Of a stretch of 64,000 nucleotides of DNA, positions 35,505-46,176 are shown piece after piece (position 1 is the first letter of the stretch; each line of letters opens with the position of its first letter). A model generated the notes under the pieces. The model was given only the letters and a program-made list of their open reading frames with translations. It had not been told where the DNA came from and did no database searches. The stretch is from Clostridia bacterium (lineage in GTDB: Bacteria > Bacillota > Clostridia > Christensenellales > Borkfalkiaceae): assembly GCA_900766495.1 (NCBI GenBank), contig CAAFVM010000012.1, positions 9,407-73,406 on the forward strand, read 5' to 3'. The translations under genes were made by a program, and so were the position numbers.

Positions 35505-36587
35505 ATGACGAAAAAAATAAAAATAGGCAGCATATATATCGGCGGCGGCGAAAAAATCGCGGTGCAGTCGATGTGCAATATAAAAACCGAAAAGGCAGAC
35601 GAGGTAATATCGCAGATAAAGGCGCTCGAAGCGCTCGGGTGCGATATTATCCGCGTTTCGGTTAAAGACCAAGCCGACGCGAAAGCGATAAGAAAAATAA
35701 AAGACCGAATAAACATTCCGCTGGTGGCGGATATTCATTTCGATTATAAGCTCGCGATAGCCGCGCTTGAAAACGGCGCCGATAAAATTCGCATAAACCC
35801 CGGGAATATAGGGCTTGAAGGCGGAGTAAAAGCGGTTGCCGACGCGCTTAAAGCACACAAAGCCGCCTGTCGGGTGGGAAGCAACAGCGGAAGCGTTGAA
35901 AAAAGTTTTTTGCAAAAATACGGCAAAAACGAAATTTCGCTTGCCGAAAGCGCGCTTGAAAAAGCCGCTCTGTTGGAAAAATACGGGTTTTACGACATAG
36001 TAATTTCGGCTAAATCGTCGTCGGTTGCAACCACGGTGAAAACATACAGATATTTAAGCGGAAAAACAGGCTATCCGCTGCACGTGGGCGTAACCGAAGC
36101 TGGGACCTTGCAAAGCGGGATTATAAAAGGCAGCGCGGGAATCGGCGCGTTACTGCTCGACGGAATAGGCGATACCGTGAGATATTCGCTTTCGGCTCCG
36201 CCCGAAGAAGAGGTGAAAGCCGGCGTTAAGCTTTTGCGCGCCGTGGGGCTTGATAAAAATTACGCCGAGGTTATAGCCTGCCCGACGTGCGGCAGAACCG
36301 CATACGACTGCATGGGGCTTGCCGCCGCGACCGAAGATTATGTGGCGAACGTTAAAAAGCCGCTTAAAATAGCGGTTATGGGCTGCGTGGTAAACGGACC
36401 GGGCGAAGCTGCCGACTGCGATTTGGGCATTGCGGGAAACGGTGAAGAATGCGTTATTTTTAAATTCGGAAAGCCGTTCAAAAAGGTGGCGGCAACTAAC
36501 GCTAAAGAAGAATTTTTTAAAGAAATTGACCTTATTTGCGGAAAAAACGCGAAAATTAAAGGGAAAACGAATGAGCGGATTTACTGA
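35505..36587 (+). CDS. ispG: 4-hydroxy-3-methylbut-2-en-1-yl diphosphate synthase (flavodoxin)
   Basis: IAVQSMCN, IRINPGNIG, ACPTCGRT and MGCVVNGPGE are diagnostic for IspG. Confidence 0.93.
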   Translation: MTKKIKIGSIYIGGGEKIAVQSMCNIKTEKADEVISQIKALEALGCDIIRVSVKDQADAKAIRKIKDRINIPLVADIHFDYKLAIAALENGADKIRINPGNIGLEGGVKAVADALKAHKAACRVGSNSGSVEKSFLQKYGKNEISLAESALEKAALLEKYGFYDIVISAKSSSVATTVKTYRYLSGKTGYPLHVGVTEAGTLQSGIIKGSAGIGALLLDGIGDTVRYSLSAPPEEEVKAGVKLLRAVGLDKNYAEVIACPTCGRTAYDCMGLAAATEDYVANVKKPLKIAVMGCVVNGPGEAADCDLGIAGNGEECVIFKFGKPFKKVAATNAKEEFFKEIDLICGKNAKIKGKTNERIY

Positions 36588-38091
36588 AAAGTTAAAAGAA
36601 TACGATTTAAAATTTTCAAACGCGATAGTGGAAAAGGCAAGCTATTCGCGTGGGAGCAAAACGCTTGAAGCGGATATTATAACGTCGAAACATTTTACCG
36701 AAGAAGACTGCGCCGCGGTTAGCGAACTTATAAAAAAAGCGTTGCCGTTCTGCAAGCCGTGCGTTCGCATAAAAAAGAGCGTGTGCGACGAAGTTATAGC
36801 CAAAAACGCCGCGCTCGAATATGTAAAAGGCGAATATCCCGTGCTTACGGGCAGGTTTAACGCAGGCGATTTGTCAGCCGAAAAAAAAGGCGACGAAATA
36901 ACGTTTACGGTTTGCGCCGAGCAGGAAGTTTGCGATTATTTAAAAAACAAAAACTTTTTCGACGGGCTTAAAAACTTTTTGGCAAAGCGCTATTGCGAAA
37001 GTTTTGTTTTTGCTTACGCCCCGCGCGACGATTCGGACGACGGTTACGACATCGAACCGCAGAAAGTGGACTATTCGCGGCTTGAAGAAATACCGCTCCG
37101 CAAGCTGAAAGTCACGTCGGTAACCCGACTTTTCGACAATAACGATACCGACGAAGCGCTTTACATAGCCGACGCGCTCGACCATACCGGCGAAACCGCG
37201 ATTGCGGGAAAGGTGGTGTCGGTTCGTCAGCGCGAAACAAAAACCGGCAAGCCCTTTTACATAGTGGATATAAGCGACGGTACGGGAAGAATGTCGGGAA
37301 CAATTTTTTCCACGAAAGACATAATACGCAAAATGGAAAAAATACAGGAGGGCAGCGAGGTTATTGCCGTGGGAAACTGCGAAATAGCCAACGGCTACCA
37401 CCGCTTTACCATAAAAAGCCTTAACTTCTGCGATTTTCCCAAGAATTTCGTGCCGGAAGAAAGGGCTTCGCGCAAGCCGCCCGAAATATACCTTAACGTA
37501 AGTCCGAGCGAAATAGAAGAAATTCGCCAGACCGATATGTTCAGCGACCAGAGCGTGCCGGAATGTCTGAAAGGCACGTCGTTCGTAGTAGTGGACCTCG
37601 AAACCACGGGAACGTCGCCCGCGGACGACAGGGTTACCGAAATAGGCGCGGTAAAAATAGAAAACGGCAAAATAGTGTGCAAGTTCGCCACTATGGTCAA
37701 CCCCGAAAGAAAAATTCCCGCCGAGGTCGTGGAACTTACAGGCATTACCGACGATATGGTTGCGGACGCCCCCAAGTTTGCCGACGTGGCGGGGGATTTG
37801 TATAAATTCTGTTACGGAAGCGTTATAGTGGCGCACAATCTGCCGTTCGACTATAACTTTATAAAAAATCTTTCCAAACCGCTCAATTACGTTTACACCA
37901 ACCGCGGAGCCGACACGCTCGACCTTTCCCGCGCGCTTGTAAAAGGTTTGCCTAACTATAAGCTCGATACGGTTTGCGGGCATTTCGGCATAGAGTTTTT
38001 GCACCACCGCGCTTACAGCGACGCTCTTGCGACCGCTCAACTTTTTATAGAGCTTATAAGAATCAGAGGCAACATAGACGATTTGGTTTGA
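36571..38091 (+). CDS. PolC-like N-terminal domain, OB fold and DEDDh 3'-5' exonuclease; no PHP or polymerase domains
   Basis: Start reassigned to the ATG at 36571 (MSGFTEKL). OB segment GKVVSVRQRETKTGKPFYIVDISDGTGRMSGTIFS resembles the PolC OB domain. Exo I VVVDLETTG, Exo II VAHNLPFDYNF and Exo III HRAYSDALATAQLF are present. Confidence 0.7.
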   Translation: MSGFTEKLKEYDLKFSNAIVEKASYSRGSKTLEADIITSKHFTEEDCAAVSELIKKALPFCKPCVRIKKSVCDEVIAKNAALEYVKGEYPVLTGRFNAGDLSAEKKGDEITFTVCAEQEVCDYLKNKNFFDGLKNFLAKRYCESFVFAYAPRDDSDDGYDIEPQKVDYSRLEEIPLRKLKVTSVTRLFDNNDTDEALYIADALDHTGETAIAGKVVSVRQRETKTGKPFYIVDISDGTGRMSGTIFSTKDIIRKMEKIQEGSEVIAVGNCEIANGYHRFTIKSLNFCDFPKNFVPEERASRKPPEIYLNVSPSEIEEIRQTDMFSDQSVPECLKGTSFVVVDLETTGTSPADDRVTEIGAVKIENGKIVCKFATMVNPERKIPAEVVELTGITDDMVADAPKFADVAGDLYKFCYGSVIVAHNLPFDYNFIKNLSKPLNYVYTNRGADTLDLSRALVKGLPNYKLDTVCGHFGIEFLHHRAYSDALATAQLFIELIRIRGNIDDLV

Positions 38092-38282
38092 TTGTTCGTT
38101 TTTAAAAACAGATAAAAACCGAGAGGTATAACCGCCTGAAAATTCGCGTATAATCATTATATAAGAAAAATTTCCGCTTTTTAGGCGGCGCGCACGTCGT
38201 TATTTTTAAAAATCGCTTATAAAACGCTTGCAAAAAACATTGCCTCTATGTTAAAATAACAATGCTTGATTATACTTACTTG

Positions 38283-38314
38283 ATTTGAGAGTGGCCGACC
38301 GCTCTCAAATTTTT
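38283..38314 (+). terminator. Intrinsic terminator upstream of rimP
   Basis: ATTTGAGAG-(10 nt)-CTCTCAAAT followed by TTTT. Confidence 0.65.
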
Positions 38315-38342
38315 ATGTGCGGCTAAAAAATAAAAAGGAGCT

Positions 38343-38810
38343 TTGCCCGTGAAAACCAAAGATATGGAAATTTTAAAGCAAAAGCTTATAGAAATTGCCG
38401 AACCTATGGGAATAGAGGTTGTAGACGTAGAATTTAAGGTGAGTAAAAATCCGTCGCTTACGGTTTATATCGATACCGAAGACGGCGTAGACCTTGATAC
38501 CTGCGAAAAATATCACAACGCAATCGACCCTATGCTCGACGATTTCGATTTTACTTTGGGCGCGGCTTACACGCTTAACGTGTCCAGCCCGGGGCTCGAC
38601 CGTCCGCTTAAAACCGCGCGCGATTTCGATAAAGCGCTCGGACAGGACGTGGAAATTAAACTTTTCGCGCCCGAAAAAGGCAAAAAGTTTTTCGAGGGCG
38701 TTTTAACCGATTACGACGACAATACGTTTACCGTTCAAATCGGCGAAGAAACCAAAAAGTTCGATAAAAACAAGGTTGCCAAAGTCAACATAGCCGTAAA
38801 ATTCGACTGA
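38343..38810 (+). CDS. rimP: Ribosome maturation factor RimP
   Basis: Position before nusA. GIEVVDVEF and LNVSSPGLDRPLK motifs. The true start may be GTG 38349 or ATG 38364; AGGAG is at 38336-38340. Confidence 0.88.
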   Translation: MPVKTKDMEILKQKLIEIAEPMGIEVVDVEFKVSKNPSLTVYIDTEDGVDLDTCEKYHNAIDPMLDDFDFTLGAAYTLNVSSPGLDRPLKTARDFDKALGQDVEIKLFAPEKGKKFFEGVLTDYDDNTFTVQIGEETKKFDKNKVAKVNIAVKFD

Positions 38811-38898
38811 TAAGCGGTTCAAAACAAATAAAAAATATAAAATACGTAAAAATTAAGTAACAGTCTGCGGCGTTCGGCGCCGTACGGAGGGTGGTTAT

Positions 38899-40059
38899 AT
38901 GAATAAGGAATTCTTTCTGGCTCTTGAAGAGCTTGTATCCGCGAAAAATATGGATATGAATATGCTCGTCGAAACGCTCGAAAACGCGCTTGCTCTGGCG
39001 TATAAACGTCAGTACAGCATACAAGGCACGGTAAAAATCAAAATGAACCCCGAAAAGTTCAACGTTAAATTCTGCATGGTTAAAAACATTGTGGACGAAG
39101 TTACCGACCCCGATAACGAGATTTCGCTTGAAGAAGCCCGCACTTATAAAAAATCGTATAAAACCGGGGAAGTGTTCGAACAGGAATTTATTCCCAAGCA
39201 GTTCAGCCGTATAGCCGCGCAAACCGCCAAGCAGGTGGTTATGCAGAAGCTCCGCGAAGCCGAGCGCGACAACACAATCGCCGAATATGAAGATAAAGAA
39301 AACGAAATTCAGAACTGCGTGGTTCGCCGCATAGAAAACAAAAACGTTTACGTCGAAATAGGCGGCGGTCAGATTGAGGGCGTTATGCGCCCGCAGGACC
39401 AGGTTCCCGGCGAAGAATACACGATAGGGCAAATGCTTAAAGTGTTTGTAAAACGCGTATCCAGCGACGGCAGAAACGCGCAGATACTGGTTTCGCGAAG
39501 CGCGCCCGGTTTTGTAAGAAAGTTGTTCGAAAACGAAGTGCCCGAAATCAAACAAGGGCTTGTGGTTATTAAAGGCGTTGCCCGCGAAGCCGGACAAAGA
39601 ACCAAAATCGCCATCGCATCCGAAGATAAAAACCTCGACCCCGTGGGCGCTTGCGTAGGTCCCAAGGGCGCAAGGGTGAACGCCGTGGTTGCAGAACTCG
39701 GCGGTGAAAAAATAGATATAATCGCTTACAGCGACGACCCGCTGGAATACATTGCGAAAGCGCTTTCGCCCGCAAAGGTTCTTATGGTTACCGCGGTTGA
39801 GGGCGAAAAGGTAGCAAGGGTAATAGTTCCCGACGACAAGCTGTCGCTCGCGATAGGCAAAGACGGGCAGAACGCACGCCTCGCGGCAAGACTTACCGGT
39901 TGGAAAGTTGACGTGAAGAGCGAAAGCAAGGCTAAAGCCGAGTTTGGTTATAACCCCGAAATGCTCGAGGGCGGCGCCGCTACGGTTACTACCGAAGAAA
40001 ACGCCGAAGCCGCGGAAAATACAGAAACGGCGGCTCCCGCGGAAGAACCCGCAGAGTAA
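38899..40059 (+). CDS. nusA: Transcription termination/antitermination factor NusA
   Basis: N-terminal domain, S1 domain and two KH domains ([23 protein letters not shown]), followed by an acidic tail. Confidence 0.95.
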   Translation: MNKEFFLALEELVSAKNMDMNMLVETLENALALAYKRQYSIQGTVKIKMNPEKFNVKFCMVKNIVDEVTDPDNEISLEEARTYKKSYKTGEVFEQEFIPKQFSRIAAQTAKQVVMQKLREAERDNTIAEYEDKENEIQNCVVRRIENKNVYVEIGGGQIEGVMRPQDQVPGEEYTIGQMLKVFVKRVSSDGRNAQILVSRSAPGFVRKLFENEVPEIKQGLVVIKGVAREAGQRTKIAIASEDKNLDPVGACVGPKGARVNAVVAELGGEKIDIIAYSDDPLEYIAKALSPAKVLMVTAVEGEKVARVIVPDDKLSLAIGKDGQNARLAARLTGWKVDVKSESKAKAEFGYNPEMLEGGAATVTTEENAEAAENTETAAPAEEPAE

Positions 40060-40114
40060 TTTTATCGAAAAGGCGTTTTAAGCGAAAGTTTTGCGCTTTA
40101 ATAATTAAAAGAAC

Positions 40115-40384
40115 ATGGAAAAATATCAACCCGTTCGCACCTGCGTTTGTTGCAGAGGTAAGTTTTTGAAAAAAGACTTATTGCGCGTGGTTCGGCTTGC
40201 CGACGGAAGTTTTATAGTTGACGAAAGCGGAAAGTCGGACGGGCGCGGAGCATACGTTTGCAAAAATGCCGAGTGCATAAACAAACTTAAAAAAACAAAA
40301 GCGCTCGACCGTGCGTTCAAAACCAAATTGCCGCCCGAGATTTACGCGCTTTCGGAGGACGCGGTTGCCCACGATAAGAAGTAA
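40115..40384 (+). CDS. ylxR: YlxR/RnpM family (DUF448) RNA-binding protein
   Basis: PVRTCVCCRGKF...GRGAYVC motif, located after nusA. Confidence 0.9.
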   Translation: MEKYQPVRTCVCCRGKFLKKDLLRVVRLADGSFIVDESGKSDGRGAYVCKNAECINKLKKTKALDRAFKTKLPPEIYALSEDAVAHDKK

Positions 40385-40694
40385 ATTCGAAACTTTTATA
40401 GGTTTCGCAATAAGAAAACGCGCGCTGATAACGGGGCTTAATTCGGTGGAATCGCTGAAAAGGGCATACCTTATATTAGTGTGCGAAAGCGCTTCGGAAA
40501 ACACTAAAAAACAAGCGCTCGATTTTGCCCGCAAATTTAATTGCGAGGCGGTTTTATGCAAAATACCGCTTGAAGATATTACGGGTAAGTTAAATTGCAA
40601 AATAGCGGCTGTAACCGATAAAAATCTTGCGGTTGCCGCTGTAAATAATTCAGACGAAAATTTTTCTGTTATTTCGGGAGGAAAAGTTCGCTAA
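40365..40694 (+). CDS. ylxQ: L7Ae/L30e-family RNA-binding protein YlxQ
   Basis: Conserved position between ylxR and infB. IRKRALITG and LILVCESASENTKK resemble YlxQ. There is no in-frame ATG, so a TTG start at 40365 is inferred and remains uncertain. Confidence 0.65.
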   Translation: MPTIRSKFETFIGFAIRKRALITGLNSVESLKRAYLILVCESASENTKKQALDFARKFNCEAVLCKIPLEDITGKLNCKIAAVTDKNLAVAAVNNSDENFSVISGGKVR

Positions 40695-40695
40695 A

Positions 40696-43662
40696 ATGGA
40701 AGAAAGACAGGACAATACCAAAAACATTAAATCGCTCGGTCAAATACTTAAAGACGGCAACCTCGATAAACTGCTCGATAAAATCAAGCAGGCGCAGGGA
40801 AAGGCGTCCTCTATTATGAAAAAGCTCGGCGAAAAGCAAGCCGAGTTCAAGGCGCGCGAGGCGGCTGAAGCTCAATCGGAGTTCGCCGAAGAAGCCGCAC
40901 ACGCGGTAGAGAACGTTTCGCCCGCAGCGGAGAAGAAAGCCGCCGCTTCGGTTAAAGCCGACGAAAGCGTTAAGTCCGAAATAACCGAAACCGAAAAGCA
41001 AACCGCGGCTGCGCCCGCAGGCGAAAAAGCCGAGGTTAAGGCGGGAAAAACCGAAAAATCGGAGAAAACCGAAACGGTTAAAGCCGATAGCTCCGTAAAA
41101 GCGGAGAACGCGGAAAAAACGGTAAAGGCAGAGAAAATCGAAAAATCCGAGGCGAAAGCGGAAGCGAAAGAACCGGTTAAAGCCGCCGAAAACAAAGAAA
41201 CCGAAAAGGCTGAAAGCGCGGATAAAAAGGCTGAAAAGGTTCAGGGCGAAACCGTTAAAAACGCGGGCGAAAAGAAAGAAGCCCCCTCAAAAACTGCTCC
41301 AGTAAAAGCCGAAAAACAAGAGGCTAAACCCGAAAAGCAGGAAATCAAAGCCGAGGCTGCTAAAACGGCGGAGGGTAAAGAAGCGAAAGAACCCGCCAAG
41401 GAAGCAGAAAAGCCCGCCGAACCGCCTAAAAAATCGATATTAAGCTTTATAGTTAAAAAAGCCGACCCGACAAAACCGCAACAACGCGAGTTTACCTCCG
41501 ACGGCAAGCGCATATTCAGAAATAACGACCGTAACGGTTCTCCCGACCGTAACGGAAATCGTCCGCCCAGAAACGGAGCGGCGGGGCAGAACGGGCAACA
41601 GCGCGCGCCTTACGGGCAAAGACCTTTCGGCGCAGGCGCGAGTTCGTCCTCGTTCGCTGGCGGAGCCGGCAGACCCGCGGGTCTTTCGCGCAAACCGCAG
41701 GAAATTTCTTTCGTTCCGCCCAAGGATAATAAACCCGTAAAGAAAAAAGCGGAAAAGAGTTACGACGACAAGCGCGTTCAAAGCAAAAAAGCGCATATCA
41801 AGGAGCTTACCATAGCCGATTTCGACGAAAACAAGACCGGTTACAGAAAGCTGCGCAAGCCCAAAACGCAGAAAAAGGAAGAACAATCCAACTTCATAAA
41901 AATAGAAAAAGCGGTTTTAACCAAAGAACTTACGCCTATCAAAGAGCTTTCGGAAAAGCTGGGCATTTCGGCGGTTGAAATCTGCAAACGCCTGTTCAAA
42001 GAGGGCATAACCAAAAACATAAACGATTCGGTCGATTACGATACCGCAGCTTTCATTGCCGCCGACCTCGGAATAGAAGTCGAGCTTAAAATGGAAAAGA
42101 GTGCGGAAGAACTTATGAACGAGGGCTTCAACGAAGAAAAAGACGACGAATCGGTTCTTGTAAAACGTCCGCCTATCGTAACCGTAATGGGACACGTAGA
42201 CCACGGCAAAACCTCGCTGCTCGACAGAATAAGAAGCGCGAACGTAGCCGACGGCGAAGCGGGCGGCATTACCCAGCATATCGGCGCGTATTCGGTGGAT
42301 TTGCACGGCAATAAAATTACGTTTATCGATACCCCGGGTCACGCGGCGTTCACCTCGATGCGCGCGCGCGGTGCGCAGGTTACCGATATTGCGGTTATAG
42401 TAGTAGCCGCAGACGACGGCATAATGCCGCAGACTATAGAGGCAATTAACCACGCGAAAGCCGCGGGCGTTTCCATAATAGTTGCGGCAAACAAAATAGA
42501 TAAACCGCACGTAGACCTCGACAGGCTGCGCCAACAACTTTCCGAGCAGGAATTGCTTGTTGAAGACTGGGGCGGCGACATAATGATGATTCCCGTTTCG
42601 GCTAAAACCGGCGCGGGCGTGGAAGATTTGCTCGAAGCTATTTTGACTGTTGCCGAAATGCGCGAACTTAAAGCCAACCCCAACCGCAAGGCGCGCGGTA
42701 CCGTTATAGAAGCCAAGCTCGACAAGGGCAAAGGTCCTATGGCTACGGTTCTCGTTCAGAACGGTACTCTCCGCACGGGAGACAACGTGGTTGCCGGCAC
42801 CGTGGTAGGCAGGGTAAGGGCTATGATAAACGACAAGGGCGCGAACGTGAAAGAAGCGGGTCCGTCGGTTGCCGTTTCCATTCTCGGTCTTGAAGAGGTT
42901 CCGAACGCTGGCGACGCGATTTTTGCGGTAGACGAAGAAAAACTTTCTAAACTGGTTGCCGAAGAGCGCAAGAACAAAGAGCGCGAAATTATGATTCGTC
43001 AGCAGTCGAAAGTTACGCTCGACGACTTGTTCTCGAAGATTTCCGACGGCGAACTCAAGAGCCTTAACCTTATTATAAAAGCGGACGTTCAGGGTTCTGC
43101 GGAAGCCGTAAGGCAGTCGCTTACCGAACTTTCGAACGACGAGGTAAAAGTAAACGTTCTGCACGCCGCGGTAGGCGCGATAAACGAAACCGACGTTATG
43201 CTTGCCGATTCGGCTAACGCCATAATCATCGGGTTCAACGTTCGTCCCGACGTAAAGGCTAAAACTTTGGCTGAACGCAGTCACGTAGACATTAAGCTTT
43301 ACAGAATTATTTACGAAGCCATCGACGACGTGAAGAAAGCTATGAAAGGTATGCTCGCGCCCAAGTTTACCGACGAATACACCGGTAAAGCCGAGGTACG
43401 TAACACCTTTAAAATTTCGGGCGTCGGCACAGTTGCCGGTTGCTATGTAACCGACGGAAAAATCGTTCGTTCGGCAAAACTGCGTATTTATCGCGACGAC
43501 GTAATGATTTGCGAAGGCAACGTTATGCAACTTAAACGCTTTAAAGACGAGGTTAAAGAAGTCGCGCAGGGGTATGAATGCGGTATTTCCATCGAGGGAT
43601 TTAACGACATTAAAGTTGGCGATTTCATCGAAAGCTATATAGTTGTTGAAAATAAAGACTGA
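40696..43662 (+). CDS. infB: Translation initiation factor IF-2
   Basis: G-domain [21 protein letters not shown] and NKID. About 400 aa of the N-terminal region is low-complexity K/A/E-rich. Confidence 0.97.
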   Translation: MEERQDNTKNIKSLGQILKDGNLDKLLDKIKQAQGKASSIMKKLGEKQAEFKAREAAEAQSEFAEEAAHAVENVSPAAEKKAAASVKADESVKSEITETEKQTAAAPAGEKAEVKAGKTEKSEKTETVKADSSVKAENAEKTVKAEKIEKSEAKAEAKEPVKAAENKETEKAESADKKAEKVQGETVKNAGEKKEAPSKTAPVKAEKQEAKPEKQEIKAEAAKTAEGKEAKEPAKEAEKPAEPPKKSILSFIVKKADPTKPQQREFTSDGKRIFRNNDRNGSPDRNGNRPPRNGAAGQNGQQRAPYGQRPFGAGASSSSFAGGAGRPAGLSRKPQEISFVPPKDNKPVKKKAEKSYDDKRVQSKKAHIKELTIADFDENKTGYRKLRKPKTQKKEEQSNFIKIEKAVLTKELTPIKELSEKLGISAVEICKRLFKEGITKNINDSVDYDTAAFIAADLGIEVELKMEKSAEELMNEGFNEEKDDESVLVKRPPIVTVMGHVDHGKTSLLDRIRSANVADGEAGGITQHIGAYSVDLHGNKITFIDTPGHAAFTSMRARGAQVTDIAVIVVAADDGIMPQTIEAINHAKAAGVSIIVAANKIDKPHVDLDRLRQQLSEQELLVEDWGGDIMMIPVSAKTGAGVEDLLEAILTVAEMRELKANPNRKARGTVIEAKLDKGKGPMATVLVQNGTLRTGDNVVAGTVVGRVRAMINDKGANVKEAGPSVAVSILGLEEVPNAGDAIFAVDEEKLSKLVAEERKNKEREIMIRQQSKVTLDDLFSKISDGELKSLNLIIKADVQGSAEAVRQSLTELSNDEVKVNVLHAAVGAINETDVMLADSANAIIIGFNVRPDVKAKTLAERSHVDIKLYRIIYEAIDDVKKAMKGMLAPKFTDEYTGKAEVRNTFKISGVGTVAGCYVTDGKIVRSAKLRIYRDDVMICEGNVMQLKRFKDEVKEVAQGYECGISIEGFNDIKVGDFIESYIVVENKD

Positions 43663-43790
43663 CGGCGGCGTTTGCCTGCCGATAGCGAGCCGACCGCAGG
43701 CGCGCGGAACAGCAAATTGCGAGCGTGCGTTTGTGGCGGAAGCCGCCGATAGCCGCGCGAAAAGCGGTTATAAGGCGGATAAAATAAGCT

Positions 43791-43826
43791 AAAAAAGGCA
43801 AGTATTTATATTTGCCTTTTTGTTTT
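43791..43826 (+). terminator. Intrinsic terminator-like hairpin between infB and rbfA
   Basis: AAAAAGGCAA-(10 nt)-TTGCCTTTTT followed by GTTTT. Confidence 0.55.
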
Positions 43827-43867
43827 ATCGCTAAAAAATGCGATAGACGAGCGGCGGAGGAAAGAAA

Positions 43868-44263
43868 ATGAAAGAAAAAAGAGAAAAACGACTTAACAGC
43901 GAGTTTCAGAAACAAATATACGAACTTTTGGTAAACAAGGTTAAAAACAAAGACCCGCGCCTTACCGAAATGTTTACGGTTACCGGCGTTGACGTTACCA
44001 ACGACCTCGAACAGGCTAAAGTTTATATAAGCGTGTTCTCGGGCAGCGCCGAGGCGAAAAAACAAACTTTTGCCGCGATTAAAGACAGCGCGGGCTTTAT
44101 TCGTAAAGAAATATCGAAGAATATGCACATTCGCACCGTACCCGAATTTATATTTTTAGAGGACAGGCAAGCCGAATACGGCGATAAAATCGACCGTATT
44201 TTAAGCACCATAACCTATACGACCGAACCTGACGGGGCGGAGGGCGAAGATGAGAACTCTTGA
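43868..44263 (+). CDS. rbfA: Ribosome-binding factor A
   Basis: Conserved position. VTGVDVTNDLEQAKVYISV is the typical RbfA KH-like core. Confidence 0.9.
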   Translation: MKEKREKRLNSEFQKQIYELLVNKVKNKDPRLTEMFTVTGVDVTNDLEQAKVYISVFSGSAEAKKQTFAAIKDSAGFIRKEISKNMHIRTVPEFIFLEDRQAEYGDKIDRILSTITYTTEPDGAEGEDENS

Positions 44264-45218
44264 AGAAATAGCGGCTAAACTTTTAAGTTTTAAAAGCACG
44301 CTTATTTTCTGCCATACTCGACCCGACGGTGATACGCTGGGCAGTGCGGCGGCGCTTTGTTCGGGGCTTGAAAGCAAGGGCATAACCTGCGATATAGTGT
44401 GCGACGGGCTTGTTCCCGCTAAATACGACTACGAGCCGTTTTTTAAGCGGGTTTTACAGCCCTCGCAGGTTAAAAAAAGTTATGAATGCCACGTTGCGGT
44501 AGACGTAGCAGGGGTGAATTTGCTCGGGTACGCGCGCAATTTATTCGAAGCAAACAAGAATACCTTGTGCATAGACCATCACGTTTCAAACGAACGCTAT
44601 GCCCGCGATTATTACGTGCGCGAATGCGCTGCAACCTGCGTGCTTATAGCGAAACTGCTTGAAATCATGAGCGTTAAGTTCGATAAACTCGTTGCCGAAA
44701 CCGTGCTGCTGGGCATTGTTACCGATACGGGTAATTTTTCACATAGCAACGCCGACCGCGAAGCTCTTATAACTGCGGGCGAAATGGTCGGGTTCGGCGC
44801 GGATTTACATAAAATCAACTATTATATGTTCAAGAACCAGTCGAAAGCGCGCGCAAAACTGTTTTCGGATGTTATGGGCAAAATGCGTTTTTACGAAAAC
44901 GATAAAATCGCCGCTATAATAATTGATAAAAAGTCGCTTGAAGAAGCGGGCGCGGGCAGCGAAGTCACCGAGGGCTTTGTGGATTTTCCGCTTTCTATCG
45001 AGGGCGTGGAGGTCGCTCTTTCGGTTCTTGAAACAAAGCCGAACTTATATAAAATAAGTTTAAGAAGCAAGGGCAAGGCTAACGTGAACGCCATAGCTTC
45101 CGATTTCGGCGGCGGCGGGCATATTCTTGCAAGCGGCTGCGTGATAGCGGGACCTTTGGAAGAGGTTATGGAAAAACTGGTGCGCGCCGTAAAAGTGAAC
45201 TGTGATTTTCTTAACTGA
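44250..45218 (+). CDS. nrnA: DHH/DHHA1 family phosphoesterase (NrnA-like oligoribonuclease / pAp phosphatase)
   Basis: CHTRPDGDTLGSAAAL, IDHH and GGGGH motifs. Confidence 0.8.
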   Translation: MRTLEEIAAKLLSFKSTLIFCHTRPDGDTLGSAAALCSGLESKGITCDIVCDGLVPAKYDYEPFFKRVLQPSQVKKSYECHVAVDVAGVNLLGYARNLFEANKNTLCIDHHVSNERYARDYYVRECAATCVLIAKLLEIMSVKFDKLVAETVLLGIVTDTGNFSHSNADREALITAGEMVGFGADLHKINYYMFKNQSKARAKLFSDVMGKMRFYENDKIAAIIIDKKSLEEAGAGSEVTEGFVDFPLSIEGVEVALSVLETKPNLYKISLRSKGKANVNAIASDFGGGGHILASGCVIAGPLEEVMEKLVRAVKVNCDFLN

Positions 45219-45286
45219 TTATTCGGTTTCGTTTTGTAGAAAAGCGAAATATTGCGGGGTGCAGAATTTTTTTTCGGTAAAAAAAG

Positions 45287-46138
45287 ATGAACGGATTTTT
45301 AAATTTATATAAACCCAAGGGCGTGAGTTCTGCTCACCTTTTAAACAAAGTTAAAAAAATTATAAACTGCAAGTGCGGGCATATGGGAACGCTCGACCCG
45401 CTTGCCTGCGGCGTTCTTCCCGTGGGCGTGGGGCAAGCTTCCCGCTTGTTCGACAGAATAACCGCCGATAAACGTAAAAAGTACATAGCCGAATTTACTT
45501 TCGGGTTTGAAACCGATACTCTCGATTTAGAGGGAAAGCCCGTTTTTACGTCGGAAAAAATTCCGTCGAAAGATGAGATAATCGACCTATTGCCCCGCTT
45601 TTTAGGCGAAATAGCGCAGGTGCCGCCCGCGTTTTCGGCAAAGTGCGTGGACGGGAAAAAGAGTTATAAGCTTGCCCGAAAAGGCGTGGTAACTGAACTT
45701 CCTCCGAAGAACGTTATGATTTACGAATATAAATTTTTAGGCGGAGAAAACGGCGTTTACAGGTTTGAAATAGAGTGCGGGGGCGGCACTTATATGCGCG
45801 CGCTCGCAAGGGATTTAGGTCTTGCGGCAGGCAGTCGCGCAACTATGACGGCGCTTGAAAGAACCGCGTGCGGAATATTCACCAAAGAAAATTCTGTTAC
45901 GCTCGAACAGCTGGAACAAGCCGAAAATTTTTGCGACTTGCTTATAAAAAGCGAGGACGTTCTGCATTATCCGCGGCTTGATATAAACGCAGAACAGGGG
46001 CAAAAGCTTTTAAACGGCTTGCCCGGCGAATACGCGCTTGAAGACGGCGATTATAAGTTGTTTTGCGATGGCGAGTTCTGGGGCGTTGCGGTTATTAACG
46101 ACAAGCAAATAAAGGTAAAACCCTACGTTCGCGGTTGA
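45287..46138 (+). CDS. truB: tRNA pseudouridine(55) synthase
   Basis: GFLNLYKPKG, GHMGTLDPLACGVLPV (catalytic Asp) and GTYMRALARDLG. Confidence 0.95.
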   Translation: MNGFLNLYKPKGVSSAHLLNKVKKIINCKCGHMGTLDPLACGVLPVGVGQASRLFDRITADKRKKYIAEFTFGFETDTLDLEGKPVFTSEKIPSKDEIIDLLPRFLGEIAQVPPAFSAKCVDGKKSYKLARKGVVTELPPKNVMIYEYKFLGGENGVYRFEIECGGGTYMRALARDLGLAAGSRATMTALERTACGIFTKENSVTLEQLEQAENFCDLLIKSEDVLHYPRLDINAEQGQKLLNGLPGEYALEDGDYKLFCDGEFWGVAVINDKQIKVKPYVRG

Positions 46139-46176
46139 TTTTGCGCGTGGTGGGTTGCTAAAAATTAATCTTAATT

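Noticed and set aside
40700-41900. Highly repetitive K/A/E-rich coding DNA at the 5' end of infB. Considered as a tandem repeat or an insertion.
   Set aside because: IF-2 N-terminal regions are typically variable and low-complexity. The frame is continuous into the conserved G domain, so this is treated as part of infB.
41917-43530. Very long antisense ORFs opposite bona fide genes: 537 aa opposite infB, 494 aa at 3237-4721, 405 aa at 36940-38157, 374 aa at 54580-55704, 371 aa at 58188-59303, 283 aa at 22131-22982, 274 aa at 34892-35716 and 270 aa at 38785-39597.
   Set aside because: Each one lies entirely inside a strongly supported conserved gene on the other strand. Their translations are F/V/R/N/G-rich and show no motifs. 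This pattern is expected when the codon usage of the sense strand suppresses stop codons in one antisense frame. They are shadow ORFs, not overlapping genes.
43663-43790. A GC-rich 130-nt stretch between infB and rbfA, with the repeated motif GCCGATAGC. Considered as a small RNA, a tRNA fragment, or a remnant of the ylxP/DUF503 gene that occupies this position in Bacillus.
   Set aside because: No tRNA-like cloverleaf, no open frame of useful length, and no recognisable similarity that I can assert without a search. It is left unannotated.
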